Shown in pieces: positions 37,201 to 47,215 of a stretch of DNA of 64,000 nucleotides. Each line of letters opens with the position of its first letter. Within the stretch, counting starts at the first letter, position 1. The position numbers were made by a program, and so were the translations under genes. The notes under the pieces were generated by a model. That model was not told where the DNA came from, made no database searches, and saw nothing but the letters and a program-made list of their open reading frames with translations. This DNA is from Candidatus Poribacteria bacterium (lineage in GTDB: Bacteria > Poribacteria > WGA-4E > WGA-3G): assembly GCA_022827185.1 (NCBI GenBank), contig JAJDTM010000030.1, positions 179,769-243,768 of the forward strand, read 5' to 3'.

Positions 37201-38660
37201 GGAATACATAACGTAAGTTTGATAAAAGCATATTGTCGCGCGAATTTTCGAGTTTGCGCTCATAGCACACAAACTGGAAAGTTTGTGCTACGAGGGCCGC
37301 AAGGTGGTCCTTTGGAGAAAATACTCTTATTGAACGCACATAATTTATTATTAAACTGGCGTTATATAATACTTTAGCACTCCCCCGTCAAACCCCGATG
37401 CTTTAGCTTGGGGATGTAGACAGCTAAGAGCGATCAATGAGAAAAGCACGTAAATTCAAACTTCAGGATCAATCTAATACGATCCAACTCGGCAATATGC
37501 TTGACGATATGTGGGGTATCCACGTGTATATTATGTTGCTTGCCCGCAGGTATTATCGCATGTTTGGTAAAAATCTATCAGCATATCGTTTGAAAGCACA
37601 CGTTAGAAAACTCAAAAAGCGGACGAAAGCGCATTGGGCGGATTTGCCGAGTCAAGTTGTGCAAGACGTTGTATTGCGTTATGGCAAATCGCAAGGTGCT
37701 TTTCTTGATAATATCAAAGACCGTAAAACCGGTAAAACGACGCGCAAAGTGGGTAGACCGAAAATTCAACCGCGTCATAAATATAACTCCATGACGTTCA
37801 CACAAGCGGGGTATGAACTTGAAGACAATCGTATTAAAATCAACTGTATAGATACATGGTTCTCTTTCCATAAACACCGAGAAATCAAAGGAACTATTAA
37901 GACGATCACCATCAAGCGTGATAAATGCGGCGACTATTGGCTATGCTTTTCGTGCGAGGATGTTGACGATTCCGAACCCAAACCCAAGACGGGTAAGAGC
38001 GCAGGATTTGATTACGGAAACAAAACATTCCTCACCAGTAGCGAAAGCGATAAGATAGAATCACCGCAGTTTTTCAAACAATCACTAAAAACGTTGCGAA
38101 CCTTAAGCAAGGCATTAAGTCGGAAAGTCAAAGGTTCAGGTAATTGGTATCGTGCGTGTCGTGCTTTAGCAAGGCTACACAGAAAAGTCGCCCGACAAAG
38201 AGCAGATTGGCAATGGAAACTTGCCACCGAACTTTGCACGGAATACGACACCCTAATTTTTGAGACGCTGAACATTGACGGCATGAAAAGGCTTTGGGGT
38301 CGTAAAGTTTCTGACCATGCCTTCTACCAGTTTCTACAGATTTTAGAGCAGAAGTGTGCGAAGCACGGTAAGGCACTTGAAAAGATTGATCGCTGGACAC
38401 CTACAACGAAACCTTGCAGTGATTGTGGATACCATAATAAAGAACTTTCTCTTTCAGATAGAGAGTGGACGTGTCCCGAATGTGGTTCACACCACGACAG
38501 AGACATCAACGCTGCTATCAATATCAAACAGGCAGGCTTGGCTGCCTAAAGTGGAGTAGACGTAAGACGGTGGACTCTTTGAGAAAACCGCTGACTACGA
38601 GGAAGCACAAGCCCCAACCTTTAGGTTGTGGGTACCTATGACCAGTATGTTCAACGATAC
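37201..38660 (+). mobile_element. IS200/IS605-family element carrying only tnpB (IS1341-like); ends approximate
   Basis: Left-end subterminal hairpin cacaaact/agtttgtg at about 37265-37288. Right-end hairpin caacct-tt-aggttg at about 38618-38636. No tnpA. Confidence 0.6.
37437..38549 (+). CDS. tnpB: TnpB (OrfB) RNA-guided endonuclease-like transposon protein
   Basis: Split RuvC-like motifs and a C-terminal zinc finger CSDCGYHNKE…CPECGSHHDRDINAAINI. Confidence 0.85.
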   Translation: MRKARKFKLQDQSNTIQLGNMLDDMWGIHVYIMLLARRYYRMFGKNLSAYRLKAHVRKLKKRTKAHWADLPSQVVQDVVLRYGKSQGAFLDNIKDRKTGKTTRKVGRPKIQPRHKYNSMTFTQAGYELEDNRIKINCIDTWFSFHKHREIKGTIKTITIKRDKCGDYWLCFSCEDVDDSEPKPKTGKSAGFDYGNKTFLTSSESDKIESPQFFKQSLKTLRTLSKALSRKVKGSGNWYRACRALARLHRKVARQRADWQWKLATELCTEYDTLIFETLNIDGMKRLWGRKVSDHAFYQFLQILEQKCAKHGKALEKIDRWTPTTKPCSDCGYHNKELSLSDREWTCPECGSHHDRDINAAINIKQAGLAA

Positions 38661-38690
38661 CTTTTTAATTTTAGGGAGGCACAGCAGCGC

Positions 38691-40709
38691 ATGACTGCGG
38701 AAATCGGACAAGCCGCTATATACCTCTCTGTGCTTTCATGTTTATGGGCAATCGGTTTCCTCAGTTTCGGGCTATGGATACGAAATGCCCGTGCTATCCA
38801 GAGCGGCAGAAACGCCGTTGTTGCCACCTTCATCCTTATCAGTATTGCGACTGGGGCATTAATCTACGGTTTTGTGACCGATGATTTCTCAATGAAATAC
38901 GTAGTTGAGGTCTCAAGCGCAGCACAACCCCTACTTTATAAAATCACTGCAATCTGGGGTGCCATGTCTGGTTCGCTCTTGTTCTGGCTCTGGCTGCTTA
39001 CTGTTGGTGGTGCTATTGTTGTCTGGCAGAACTATCAACGTAACAAACAGACGCAAGATACCTTAGCAGACTACTCCCTGATTCCGATCGCTATTGTTCA
39101 GCTATTCTTCACCATCCTTGTCACAGGTTTAATAGACGGCATTTACAATCCACTCGCCCGGTTTCCGGACGGACAGGTCTTTGCCGACGGTCAAGGCATG
39201 AACACGCTTCTCCAGACCCCACTCATGGCGATCCATCCACCGACATTATATATCGGTTGGATTAGCTTGACGATACCGTTTGCGTTCGCAGTTGGCGCGC
39301 TGGCATCGGGTAGAATCGGCAGCGGCTGGATCCTCCGCTCACGCAGATGGATGCTCTTTTCATGGATTATACTGACCATCGGTATCACGCTCGGTGGCAA
39401 TTGGGCATATCAGGAACTCGGTTGGGGCGGTTATTGGGCATGGGATCCTGTTGAAAATGCCTCTTTTATGCCGTGGCTCCTCGGCACCGCGTATCTACAC
39501 TCTGTGATGATCCAAGAGAAGCGGAATATGCTCAAACTTTGGAATATTCTCCTGATTACCCTTGCCTTCCAATTTACACTCTTGGGGACTTTCATTACGC
39601 GTAGCGGAATTATCACATCGGTGCATGCTTTCGGCGGATCGGGTATTGGTGGGTATTTCCTTACTTTTATTTTAGCGTCAACAGCCGGGGTCATCGGACT
39701 CATCATCTATCGTTGGAACCGGCTTAAGAGTGCGAATCGTTTAGAGTCCCTTCTCTCCCGTGAAAGTGCCTTTCTTCTGAATAACTGGCTCCTTGTCGGG
39801 TTAACCCTAATTATCCTCTGGGGTACGTTGTGGCCGATTATCTCTGAGGCGATCAACGGTGAAAAATCTTCTGTTCCTGAAGCCTTTTTCAATAAAGTTG
39901 TGATTATTCCGGGGTTGCTGCTTCTATTCCTGACAGGTGCCGGTCCGATCATTTCATGGAAAAAAATTACTGCTAACAATTTTCGACGCATGTTTTTCTT
40001 GCCGCTTGTTATCGGTTTAATTGGCGGTGCTTTGACCTGGGGATTCCTTGCATTAATAGGATATACTTTTCCGCTGTATTCAGTGCTCTGTAGTTTTGCT
40101 GCTGTTTTTGTGCTCGCCGCAATCTTTGCTGAGTTTTATCGGGGTGCAAAACTCCGCGCGAAACGACAGGAGACCTCCTTCGTCAACGGCTTGAATCTCC
40201 TTATTCAGCGTAACAAGAGACGGTATGGCGGTTACATCATCCATATCGGCATTGTTATCCTCTATATAGGCATTATGGGATCGAAGGGCTATTTTCTGCT
40301 TGAATCTCAAAGTATGACACTCGGGGGATCCATGGAAGTAGGCAAGTATAAACTGACAATGATAGACTCATTTGAGAAAGAATACTCGAACTATCTCCGA
40401 AGCGGTGTTGTTTTCGATGTTGAAAAGAACGGGAAACATATAGGGACAATGGAGCCCGCGCTTCACGCCTACTACAAAGCCAAACCCGATGAACAACCTA
40501 CAAAGGAATCAGCCATCCAGCACTTGGGGGTGAACGACCTCTATATCGCCCTTGCCAGCATTCCACGAAATATCAAGACAGGCGGTATTGTGAACGTTCA
40601 GGTGTATTACAACCCTCTGATTGGCGTTGTCTGGATTGGTGTTGCTGTGATGGTGTTAGGTGGAATCGTTGCGATAGCCGAGAAATCTGAACGCAGTGGA
40701 GATTCATGA
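38691..40709 (+). CDS. ccmF: cytochrome c-type biogenesis protein CcmF (heme lyase)
   Basis: MTAEIGQAAIYLSVL start like CcmF. WGGYWAWDPVEN is the WWD-domain motif. More than 12 transmembrane helices. RBS gggagg at 38672. Confidence 0.85.
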   Translation: MTAEIGQAAIYLSVLSCLWAIGFLSFGLWIRNARAIQSGRNAVVATFILISIATGALIYGFVTDDFSMKYVVEVSSAAQPLLYKITAIWGAMSGSLLFWLWLLTVGGAIVVWQNYQRNKQTQDTLADYSLIPIAIVQLFFTILVTGLIDGIYNPLARFPDGQVFADGQGMNTLLQTPLMAIHPPTLYIGWISLTIPFAFAVGALASGRIGSGWILRSRRWMLFSWIILTIGITLGGNWAYQELGWGGYWAWDPVENASFMPWLLGTAYLHSVMIQEKRNMLKLWNILLITLAFQFTLLGTFITRSGIITSVHAFGGSGIGGYFLTFILASTAGVIGLIIYRWNRLKSANRLESLLSRESAFLLNNWLLVGLTLIILWGTLWPIISEAINGEKSSVPEAFFNKVVIIPGLLLLFLTGAGPIISWKKITANNFRRMFFLPLVIGLIGGALTWGFLALIGYTFPLYSVLCSFAAVFVLAAIFAEFYRGAKLRAKRQETSFVNGLNLLIQRNKRRYGGYIIHIGIVILYIGIMGSKGYFLLESQSMTLGGSMEVGKYKLTMIDSFEKEYSNYLRSGVVFDVEKNGKHIGTMEPALHAYYKAKPDEQPTKESAIQHLGVNDLYIALASIPRNIKTGGIVNVQVYYNPLIGVVWIGVAVMVLGGIVAIAEKSERSGDS

Positions 40710-40727
40710 TAAGCGAGGCGTAAGACG

Positions 40728-41306
40728 ATGAAAACAGGAAGATTTGAGCGCATAACAACGTCCAATGGATTTTTAATACTTAATTCTGTTTTGATTGTTA
40801 TCTTTTTGATCGCATGTAGTTTTGTTGTCACGGGATGCGTGCAGACCGGAGCGTCTCAGGTCGCAGAACCGAAGGACGTGAAAGATGCCACAGTTAAGTC
40901 CGATTTGGACGAGCTGCTCACTACGGTCTACTGTTACTGCGGGTGTACGCGAGAGACAATTGAAGTGTGTACGTGCGACACGGCAATGAATATTGAGAAC
41001 GATTTTCGCGATCGACTGCTCGCTGGCGAAACGGTTGAACAAATTCGCACGGATTATCTTGACACATACGGGCCACAATATTATGCAGTTATGCCTGTCG
41101 AAGGCATTAACTTACTTGCCTACGCGATGCCGATTATCATACTTATCCTTATTGGAGGAGTTGTCTTTGTTGTGCTCCGAAGGTCAACCAGATCAATGCA
41201 GAAAACAGCGGCAGCGGGCGCGCATGAAGTGCCGGACTCACAGGTTTCTAATGAAGCCGTAAACAAGATTGAAGCGGAACTGGAGAGGTATAAGCGGGAA
41301 AGTTAA
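40728..41306 (+). CDS. ccmH: CcmH/NrfF-like cytochrome c biogenesis protein (atypical Cys cluster)
   Basis: Signal/transmembrane N-terminus, a Cys-rich segment YCYCGCTRETIEVCTCD in place of LRCxxC, and a C-terminal transmembrane helix. The position after ccmF supports the call. Confidence 0.5.
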   Translation: MKTGRFERITTSNGFLILNSVLIVIFLIACSFVVTGCVQTGASQVAEPKDVKDATVKSDLDELLTTVYCYCGCTRETIEVCTCDTAMNIENDFRDRLLAGETVEQIRTDYLDTYGPQYYAVMPVEGINLLAYAMPIIILILIGGVVFVVLRRSTRSMQKTAAAGAHEVPDSQVSNEAVNKIEAELERYKRES

Positions 41307-41364
41307 ACTCGGCAATTTTTTCGTACGCAATAGAATTCACGCGTGGTTTTCGGAGAGGTTCTTT

Positions 41365-41712
41365 ATGTCTTTTCTTGTACTTTTATGGATGGTAATCTTT
41401 GGCATCCTGCTACTCGTTTATCTGGGATTTCCGATTTTCTCAAAAACGGGTGGACAACATGTTGTAACGTCCGAAGAGGTTATTGAAGAACGGCGACGGA
41501 CCCTCTTTCAGGAACGTGAAAACAGCTACGCAGCGTTGGCGGATCTCGATGAGGACTACGAGACTGGGAAACTCTCAGAAGCCGATTATCAAGAACTACG
41601 CGCGGAGCTTTTACAAGAGACTGCGCGCGTCATCATGCAACTCGAAAATGAGTCTTTGTCGGATGTGGAAGCAGAGATTGAGCGATTTAAACAGCAACAG
41701 CGCGGAACATAA
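41365..41712 (+). CDS. small membrane protein with C-terminal SHOCT-like motif (possibly CcmI-like)
   Basis: One transmembrane helix, then DLDEDYETGKLSEADYQELRAELL. Confidence 0.35.
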   Translation: MSFLVLLWMVIFGILLLVYLGFPIFSKTGGQHVVTSEEVIEERRRTLFQERENSYAALADLDEDYETGKLSEADYQELRAELLQETARVIMQLENESLSDVEAEIERFKQQQRGT

Positions 41713-41713
41713 T

Positions 41714-43048
41714 ATGTACCCGAACGCATTTCATACGCGGTTGAAAACCGCATCTACCAAAATAGGCAACTCGCAATTTGGCTCTATCGCCGTCTGGTGT
41801 ATGCGCAGCTTGTTAGCGATTGCCCTAATTTTTTTCGCCTCGGTTTCTGCAACACAGGCACAAACGGCAGAATTTGGCGACATCCGAGGCGCGGTTATTG
41901 ACAAAAAACTCGAAAAACCGCTTGTTTCGCATCCTGTCACTCTCACGGTTCATAAGACGGATACCGTTGAGACACAAGAGACGACCACAGATGAAAAAGG
42001 AAATTACCGTTTCGCAGATTTGCTGCTTGATCCAAGTGTTCACTATACGGTGTCAACCGTCCATGACGATACCGACTATACTGAAAAGGATCTGGTGCTG
42101 TCAACTTGGGTTCCGAATATTGAGATTAACTTTGATGTTGGGGCATTTACGGATGACACTGCGCAAATCCTTGTTAAGTCGTATACTTTCATCATTGGAC
42201 CTCCACCTCCAGACCATCCACCGGATGGGGCTGTCACGGTCGCTGAAGCAATTGGGCTTGAAAACCTGAGCCCTCTCGCGTTTAGAACAGAACACGGTTC
42301 AGAAAGAGTTGGGGTGCATTTAACACTTCCAAACGGTGTTGAGGGGTTTCAACCGCATTTGTCAGCGGCACTCACGATGAACGCTAACACCAATCAAGCC
42401 GTCCTTAGAACGCCATTACCGTCCGGAGAATCGCAGTTAGGTTACAATTACATTTTTCATGTTGAGAGAGACAAATTGGATTTATCCCGTCGTTTGAATT
42501 TTAACACGATGAGATTCTATTTCTTTGTTCCAGAAGGTATCGGTTTTGTGCCGCGTGCCAAGTTTTTCGGTGCACCGAAACGCGAACAAATCCACGGCAC
42601 CGTATATCTAATATATGAAAGCAGTGAGCACAAGACGTTCGCGGCAGGTGAAACAGTTGACTTAGCCCTTAATGTAAATATGCGTGCTGCTGGTGGTGCC
42701 TTACCGGGGCAGACATCTGATCTCGGGCAGTTGATTCTTATCGCTGTCGCTGCGGCATTAACGGGTGGTTTTTTCGTGGCAGCACTCTTCAAACTCCGCG
42801 CAGCCAGCAATACTACAGAATCTGATACTGAGGATACTTCAACACCGCCAGACGCGGGTTGGCTCCGTAAACTGAATTCCGATGACCGTGAGCATGTCCG
42901 CGTTGCCAGGCTTGAATTTATTACACATCTTGATGATAAGTACGAGAAGCAAGAGATCTCGGAGCGCGTCTACAAACGCTTGCGCCGAGAGCAAACAGAG
43001 CGTCTCACCACACTCTTAGAAGACCAAAAAAGGGGGAACAATGCATAG
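41714..43048 (+). CDS. exported protein with carboxypeptidase-regulatory-like domain, C-terminal transmembrane anchor and SHOCT-like tail
   Basis: Signal peptide, GAVIDKKLEKP…EKGNYRF, a transmembrane LILIAVAAALTGGFFVAALF, and a tail …ISERVYKRLRREQ. Stop/start TAAtATG coupling with the upstream gene. Confidence 0.45.
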   Translation: MYPNAFHTRLKTASTKIGNSQFGSIAVWCMRSLLAIALIFFASVSATQAQTAEFGDIRGAVIDKKLEKPLVSHPVTLTVHKTDTVETQETTTDEKGNYRFADLLLDPSVHYTVSTVHDDTDYTEKDLVLSTWVPNIEINFDVGAFTDDTAQILVKSYTFIIGPPPPDHPPDGAVTVAEAIGLENLSPLAFRTEHGSERVGVHLTLPNGVEGFQPHLSAALTMNANTNQAVLRTPLPSGESQLGYNYIFHVERDKLDLSRRLNFNTMRFYFFVPEGIGFVPRAKFFGAPKREQIHGTVYLIYESSEHKTFAAGETVDLALNVNMRAAGGALPGQTSDLGQLILIAVAAALTGGFFVAALFKLRAASNTTESDTEDTSTPPDAGWLRKLNSDDREHVRVARLEFITHLDDKYEKQEISERVYKRLRREQTERLTTLLEDQKRGNNA

Positions 43049-43436
43049 CAAACACCACATTGCTGATTTGATAGTCATGTTGGGGCATATAGACGAAAAC
43101 GTGCGGGACACCGCGAAGGCAGAATTAATTGCCATAGGTAAACCGGCTATTCCGCAGCTCATTGATGTCCTTACCCAAGAGTGCTGGCATATATCTGGGT
43201 ATGGTGCCGAGTTTTACACCCACATCGAAGGGTCTGCTCTCCCGGTTTACATGGAACAGATGGCGAATAACGCTTCGGAGGTCTTGGCACGCATCGGAGA
43301 GTCCACTGTCCCGAAGCTGACGGCGGAGCTCACCAGAGCCGAACGCGAGTTTTCGGAATGGTTTTATAAATACTTGCGACCTGAACAGACGGACCGTCTT
43401 ATCACTATGTTGGCGTATGTTAAGAAAGGCGAGTAG
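43041..43436 (+). CDS. HEAT-repeat (PBS-lyase-like) protein
   Basis: Repeated IGKPAIPQLIDVL-type HEAT units. Confidence 0.5.
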   Translation: MHSKHHIADLIVMLGHIDENVRDTAKAELIAIGKPAIPQLIDVLTQECWHISGYGAEFYTHIEGSALPVYMEQMANNASEVLARIGESTVPKLTAELTRAEREFSEWFYKYLRPEQTDRLITMLAYVKKGE

Positions 43437-44054
43437 ATGGAAACGGAACACATTGTAGCCGATTTAATCTATGATTTGTCAGAGTTGGATGACGATATCC
43501 GTGAGGCTGCGAGAGAAGAGTTGGTTGCTATAGGTGAACCTGCGATTCCGCAACTCGTTGAGGCACTCGCTGATAACCTTGGGGATGTGGTTGAACAAGC
43601 CACTGATGTCTTGGCTGCCATCGGTGAACCGGCAATCCCTGCACTTATAGATGAGATGGCGATCGCTGAGCGGTACCATGCACTCGCTATCGGTGATGTG
43701 CTGAGCCGCATAGGTGAGCCAGCCGTCCCGGTTTTGGTTGAAGCGTTGTCTGACAAACTCAATGAAGAGTTCCGCGAATATGCAGCGCGCGCGCTTAATC
43801 TGATGGGGGGCGCGGCAATTCGTGCGATCCCTGCGCTTATTGAGGCTTTGAGCGATCCGTCGGATGATGTTCGGTCTTATGTTGCCTACACGTTTTCCAA
43901 AATGGAGGGTGCAGCAGTGGATGCGGTGCCTGCGCTTATTGAGGCACTTGCTGATGAATCCGAAGAGGTCCGAAATCATGTGGCTTTTGCGTTAGAAAAA
44001 ATTGGAACCCCGGAAGCGAAACAGGCACTTGAAACGTTAAATGCAAACCCCTGA
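43437..44054 (+). CDS. HEAT-repeat (PBS-lyase-like) protein
   Basis: Five repeats of the IGEPAIPxLIEAL…DxVR pattern. Confidence 0.6.
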   Translation: METEHIVADLIYDLSELDDDIREAAREELVAIGEPAIPQLVEALADNLGDVVEQATDVLAAIGEPAIPALIDEMAIAERYHALAIGDVLSRIGEPAVPVLVEALSDKLNEEFREYAARALNLMGGAAIRAIPALIEALSDPSDDVRSYVAYTFSKMEGAAVDAVPALIEALADESEEVRNHVAFALEKIGTPEAKQALETLNANP

Positions 44055-44160
44055 AAAGGTCGGTCCGAAGATCGTTATGGACCTGTACCCTGATGTGTGT
44101 CATAGGAGGTGCAGGTTTATAAAATCTGCTATATAGCGCGTTCGTTGAGACTTAAAAAAC

Positions 44161-44189
44161 TTGAAAAAATGAGCAAAATGTAGTATAAT
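44161..44189 (+). promoter_or_regulatory. sigma70 promoter TTGAAA-17-TATAAT upstream of korA
   Basis: ttgaaa aaatgagcaaaatgtag tataat. Confidence 0.5.
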
Positions 44190-44383
44190 TAAAAAAAGTA
44201 GAATGTTATTATGTGTTATGAATATTAAATAAGGTGCAAATATCGCAATGTAACTAACAAACGAATCAATTTGCTTATTTGTCCATCCATCTGATGTCGT
44301 TGGGTTTATTAAACTGTAGTGTATCTTCGGTGAATTGTGCGGTATCAGCATGGAATACGAAAAATTATTAGAAGGGAGCCAAG

Positions 44384-46168
44384 ATGGCAAAATACGACTT
44401 TGTAATCGCTGTAGGAGGGGCACCCGGGCAGGGAATAGACTCTGTTGGACAGGTTTTGACTCGGATCTGCGCCCGGCACGGTTTGTCCGTCTTTACCTAT
44501 AGCGCTTATCAATCCCTCATCCGCGGTGGTCATACCTTCCTCACTGCCAGAATCAGTTCTGAACCGGTTGCTAACCACGGCGACAAGCTTGATCTGGTTA
44601 TTGCCTTAGACCGGAACAGCTTGGAGACACACCTTCCACACGTTGCTCCCGGTGGCACGCTCATCTATAATAGCGATGATGTCAAAGCAGCCCCAGAGCG
44701 CGATGACATACAACTGGCACCTCTGTCCTATAAAGAGCTGTCTAACGACACCGACAGAAAGAAGATAATGCTAAATGTCTGTATGCTCGGTGCAGCGATG
44801 AAAATGGTGGGTGGAGATTTAAAAGTGTTTGAGGACATGCTCACTGTTCAATTCCTCAAACGGAAAGGCCAAGCAGTAGTAGACGAGAACATCGGTGTCG
44901 CGCGTGCCGGTTATAATCATGCAGCTGAAAATTTCACCCCATTTGATACTCAATTCCAGAAACAGGAGCCAGCCCTTGCTGTTGTTGATGGGAATTCGGC
45001 GATGGCGATGGGTGGTGCAGCGGCTGGTGTCAAATTTTATGCTGCCTATCCGATGAGTCCGTCAACGGGTGTTCTTCACTGGATGGCAGCGAATGCGCGG
45101 GATCTCGGTATTCTGGTGCGCCAATGTGAGGATGAAATTAGTGTTGTCAATATGGTTATTGGTGCAGCGCATGTGGGGAGTCGCGCGATGTGTGCAACAT
45201 CAGGTGGTGGTTTCGCTCTGATGTCAGAAGCCATTGGTAGTGCTGGGATGATGGAAATTCCGATCGTTGTTATTAACGTCCAGCGTGGGGGGCCTTCGAC
45301 AGGTTTACCTACAAAAACGGAGCAGGGAGATTTATGGCAGTTGCTGGGTGCAAGCCAAGGCGATTTCCCGAAAATCATCGTTTCTCCGACGAGCATCATG
45401 GACGGGTTTGATACCATCCCTGAACTCTTCAATCTCGTAGACAAGTTTCAATGTCCCGGTATGGTGCTTTCTGATCTTACACTCTCTATGGGTTTCACGA
45501 CGTTTGATCCGGATACTATCAATTGGCAGCCTGAAATAGATCGCGGCGAGCTCATCAACGGTCCTGTAGAGCTGGACGGTGAATACCTCCGTTATGCGAT
45601 TACAGATAGTGGAGTCTCCCCCCGCGCGATTCCGGGGACGCCTGGGCACATGCACGTTGTTGCTACCGATGATCACGATGAAGATGGCGGTCTAATTAGT
45701 GACGAGTTCACGAATCCGCACAAACGGCGTGATATTATGGAGAAGCGGCAACGCAAGATGGAAGGTATTGTTGAACTTCTCCCGCCTCCGACTTTTGAGG
45801 GTCCCGAAGATGCGGAAGTTACGTTGATTGGCTGGGGCTCGACGCATAGTGTGATTAGTGAAGCGGCACAAATGTTGACGGAGACAGGCCTTGCCACCAA
45901 TCATATCCACTTCAAGTGGCTCTATCCGATGGACGAGGACGCGATCAACGAAGTGCTTGCGAAATCTGCGTATTCGATTATCGTTGAGTGCAACTACACG
46001 GGTCAATTCGCCCGTTTCTTACGGAGTGAGACCGGCTTTAAGGCAGACAGTCACATCCGTAAATACGACGGTGAACCGTTTATGCCGCACCACGTGGTTG
46101 ATGGGGCGCGTGAACTTTTGAACAGTAAAACGGATCTTTATGTCCCGTATCAAGAGATTGTTGTCTAA
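44384..46168 (+). CDS. korA: 2-oxoacid:ferredoxin oxidoreductase, fused gamma-alpha subunit
   Basis: N-terminal POR gamma-like domain, then the alpha-subunit transketolase-like domain. Confidence 0.85.
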   Translation: MAKYDFVIAVGGAPGQGIDSVGQVLTRICARHGLSVFTYSAYQSLIRGGHTFLTARISSEPVANHGDKLDLVIALDRNSLETHLPHVAPGGTLIYNSDDVKAAPERDDIQLAPLSYKELSNDTDRKKIMLNVCMLGAAMKMVGGDLKVFEDMLTVQFLKRKGQAVVDENIGVARAGYNHAAENFTPFDTQFQKQEPALAVVDGNSAMAMGGAAAGVKFYAAYPMSPSTGVLHWMAANARDLGILVRQCEDEISVVNMVIGAAHVGSRAMCATSGGGFALMSEAIGSAGMMEIPIVVINVQRGGPSTGLPTKTEQGDLWQLLGASQGDFPKIIVSPTSIMDGFDTIPELFNLVDKFQCPGMVLSDLTLSMGFTTFDPDTINWQPEIDRGELINGPVELDGEYLRYAITDSGVSPRAIPGTPGHMHVVATDDHDEDGGLISDEFTNPHKRRDIMEKRQRKMEGIVELLPPPTFEGPEDAEVTLIGWGSTHSVISEAAQMLTETGLATNHIHFKWLYPMDEDAINEVLAKSAYSIIVECNYTGQFARFLRSETGFKADSHIRKYDGEPFMPHHVVDGARELLNSKTDLYVPYQEIVV

Positions 46169-46177
46169 CAAAGGAGG

Positions 46178-47092
46178 ATGGATCAGATGGCGAGAAGAGC
46201 GAGAAAAGAAAGACCTGTTCAAGGCGCGCCGACAGCGCGAGATTTTAAAGGTGATGTTAACCCAGATTGGTGTGCCGGTTGTGGTGATTTCGGTGTGTTG
46301 AACGCGCTACAAGGTGCTTATGCAAAACTCGGTCGTGGCAATCATGATCACCTGACAGTAAGTGGGATTGGGTGTTCCTCTAACCTTCCTGGTTATGTCA
46401 AAACGTATGGGATGCATACGCTACACGGTCGTGCGTTGGCGGTTGCAACGGGTGCTAAATTTGCCAATCACGCGTTGAATGTTGTCGTCACTGGTGGTGA
46501 TGGTGATGGTTACGGCATCGGTGGAAATCATTTTATTCATACGATGCGAAAAAATATTGATCTCCTCTACATTGTCATGAATAACGAGACGTACGGGTTG
46601 ACAGTCGGACAAGCCTCACCAACGACTATAGTAGGAGAACAGACGAAAAGCACGCCGTTCGGTAATTTAGAGACCCCTCTGAATCCGGTTGCGATGGCAA
46701 TTGTCGCGGGTGCGACTTATGTCGCAAGAGCATATAGTTCTGACGGCCCAAAACTCGCGGAATTGATGTATAACGGGATGCAACACAAAGGATTTGCATT
46801 CATTGATGTTATCAGTCCTTGTGTGACTTGGAAGGGAGGGGCGCGAGTAATTTTCGATTACTGGAAGGAGCGGGTCCAATACCTTGAAGATCATGACACA
46901 AGTGACAGAGCCGCTGCACTTGAACAAGCCGTCAAGACGGGTCATGAGACGCAGCTTGGGTTATTCTACCACGATACGAGCCGGCAATCACTGGATCAAA
47001 TGGAACCTGTTTTAGAAAATGGGCCCATAGCACATCAACCGCTCGGCATCAGCAAAGAACAAGGCGATGCGATTATCCAGAAAATGATGTAA
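46178..47092 (+). CDS. korB: 2-oxoacid:ferredoxin oxidoreductase beta subunit (thiamine-pyrophosphate binding)
   Basis: CAGCGDF, and the thiamine-pyrophosphate motif GGDGDGYGIGGNH. Confidence 0.85.
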   Translation: MDQMARRARKERPVQGAPTARDFKGDVNPDWCAGCGDFGVLNALQGAYAKLGRGNHDHLTVSGIGCSSNLPGYVKTYGMHTLHGRALAVATGAKFANHALNVVVTGGDGDGYGIGGNHFIHTMRKNIDLLYIVMNNETYGLTVGQASPTTIVGEQTKSTPFGNLETPLNPVAMAIVAGATYVARAYSSDGPKLAELMYNGMQHKGFAFIDVISPCVTWKGGARVIFDYWKERVQYLEDHDTSDRAAALEQAVKTGHETQLGLFYHDTSRQSLDQMEPVLENGPIAHQPLGISKEQGDAIIQKMM

Positions 47093-47149
47093 ATATGAAC
47101 GGAGAGACGGGTCATTGGGCTTGTCTATCCGTTTGATTTATGATATTGG

Positions 47150-47200
47150 CTGTTGGGGCGGGTTGTATCCCGCCCACTGCCTTTTTTTATTGCCTACTAC
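47150..47200 (+). terminator. rho-independent terminator candidate after korB (imperfect GC stem, then T7)
   Basis: ggctgttggggcggg ttgtat cccgcccactgcc ttttttt. Confidence 0.45.
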
Positions 47201-47215
47201 AGGGGCGTTCACACC

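Noticed and set aside
38628-38690. N-terminal extension of CcmF (MGTYDQYVQRYLFNFREAQQR) given by the ORF track
   Set aside because: CcmF homologs start at the MTAEIG-like segment. A gggagg ribosome-binding site sits 14 nt upstream of that ATG. The extension overlaps the IS right-end hairpin.
41483-41713. N-terminal 77 codons of the 521-aa ORF
   Set aside because: This stretch overlaps the preceding gene in another frame. A signal peptide begins right after the Met at 41714, which is tightly coupled (TAAtATG) to the upstream stop.
47150-47215. Longer N-terminal start of ccmA at 47153
   Set aside because: The extension would be translated through the terminator hairpin and T-tract of korB. 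The ATG at 47216 gives a normal ABC ATPase N-terminus.
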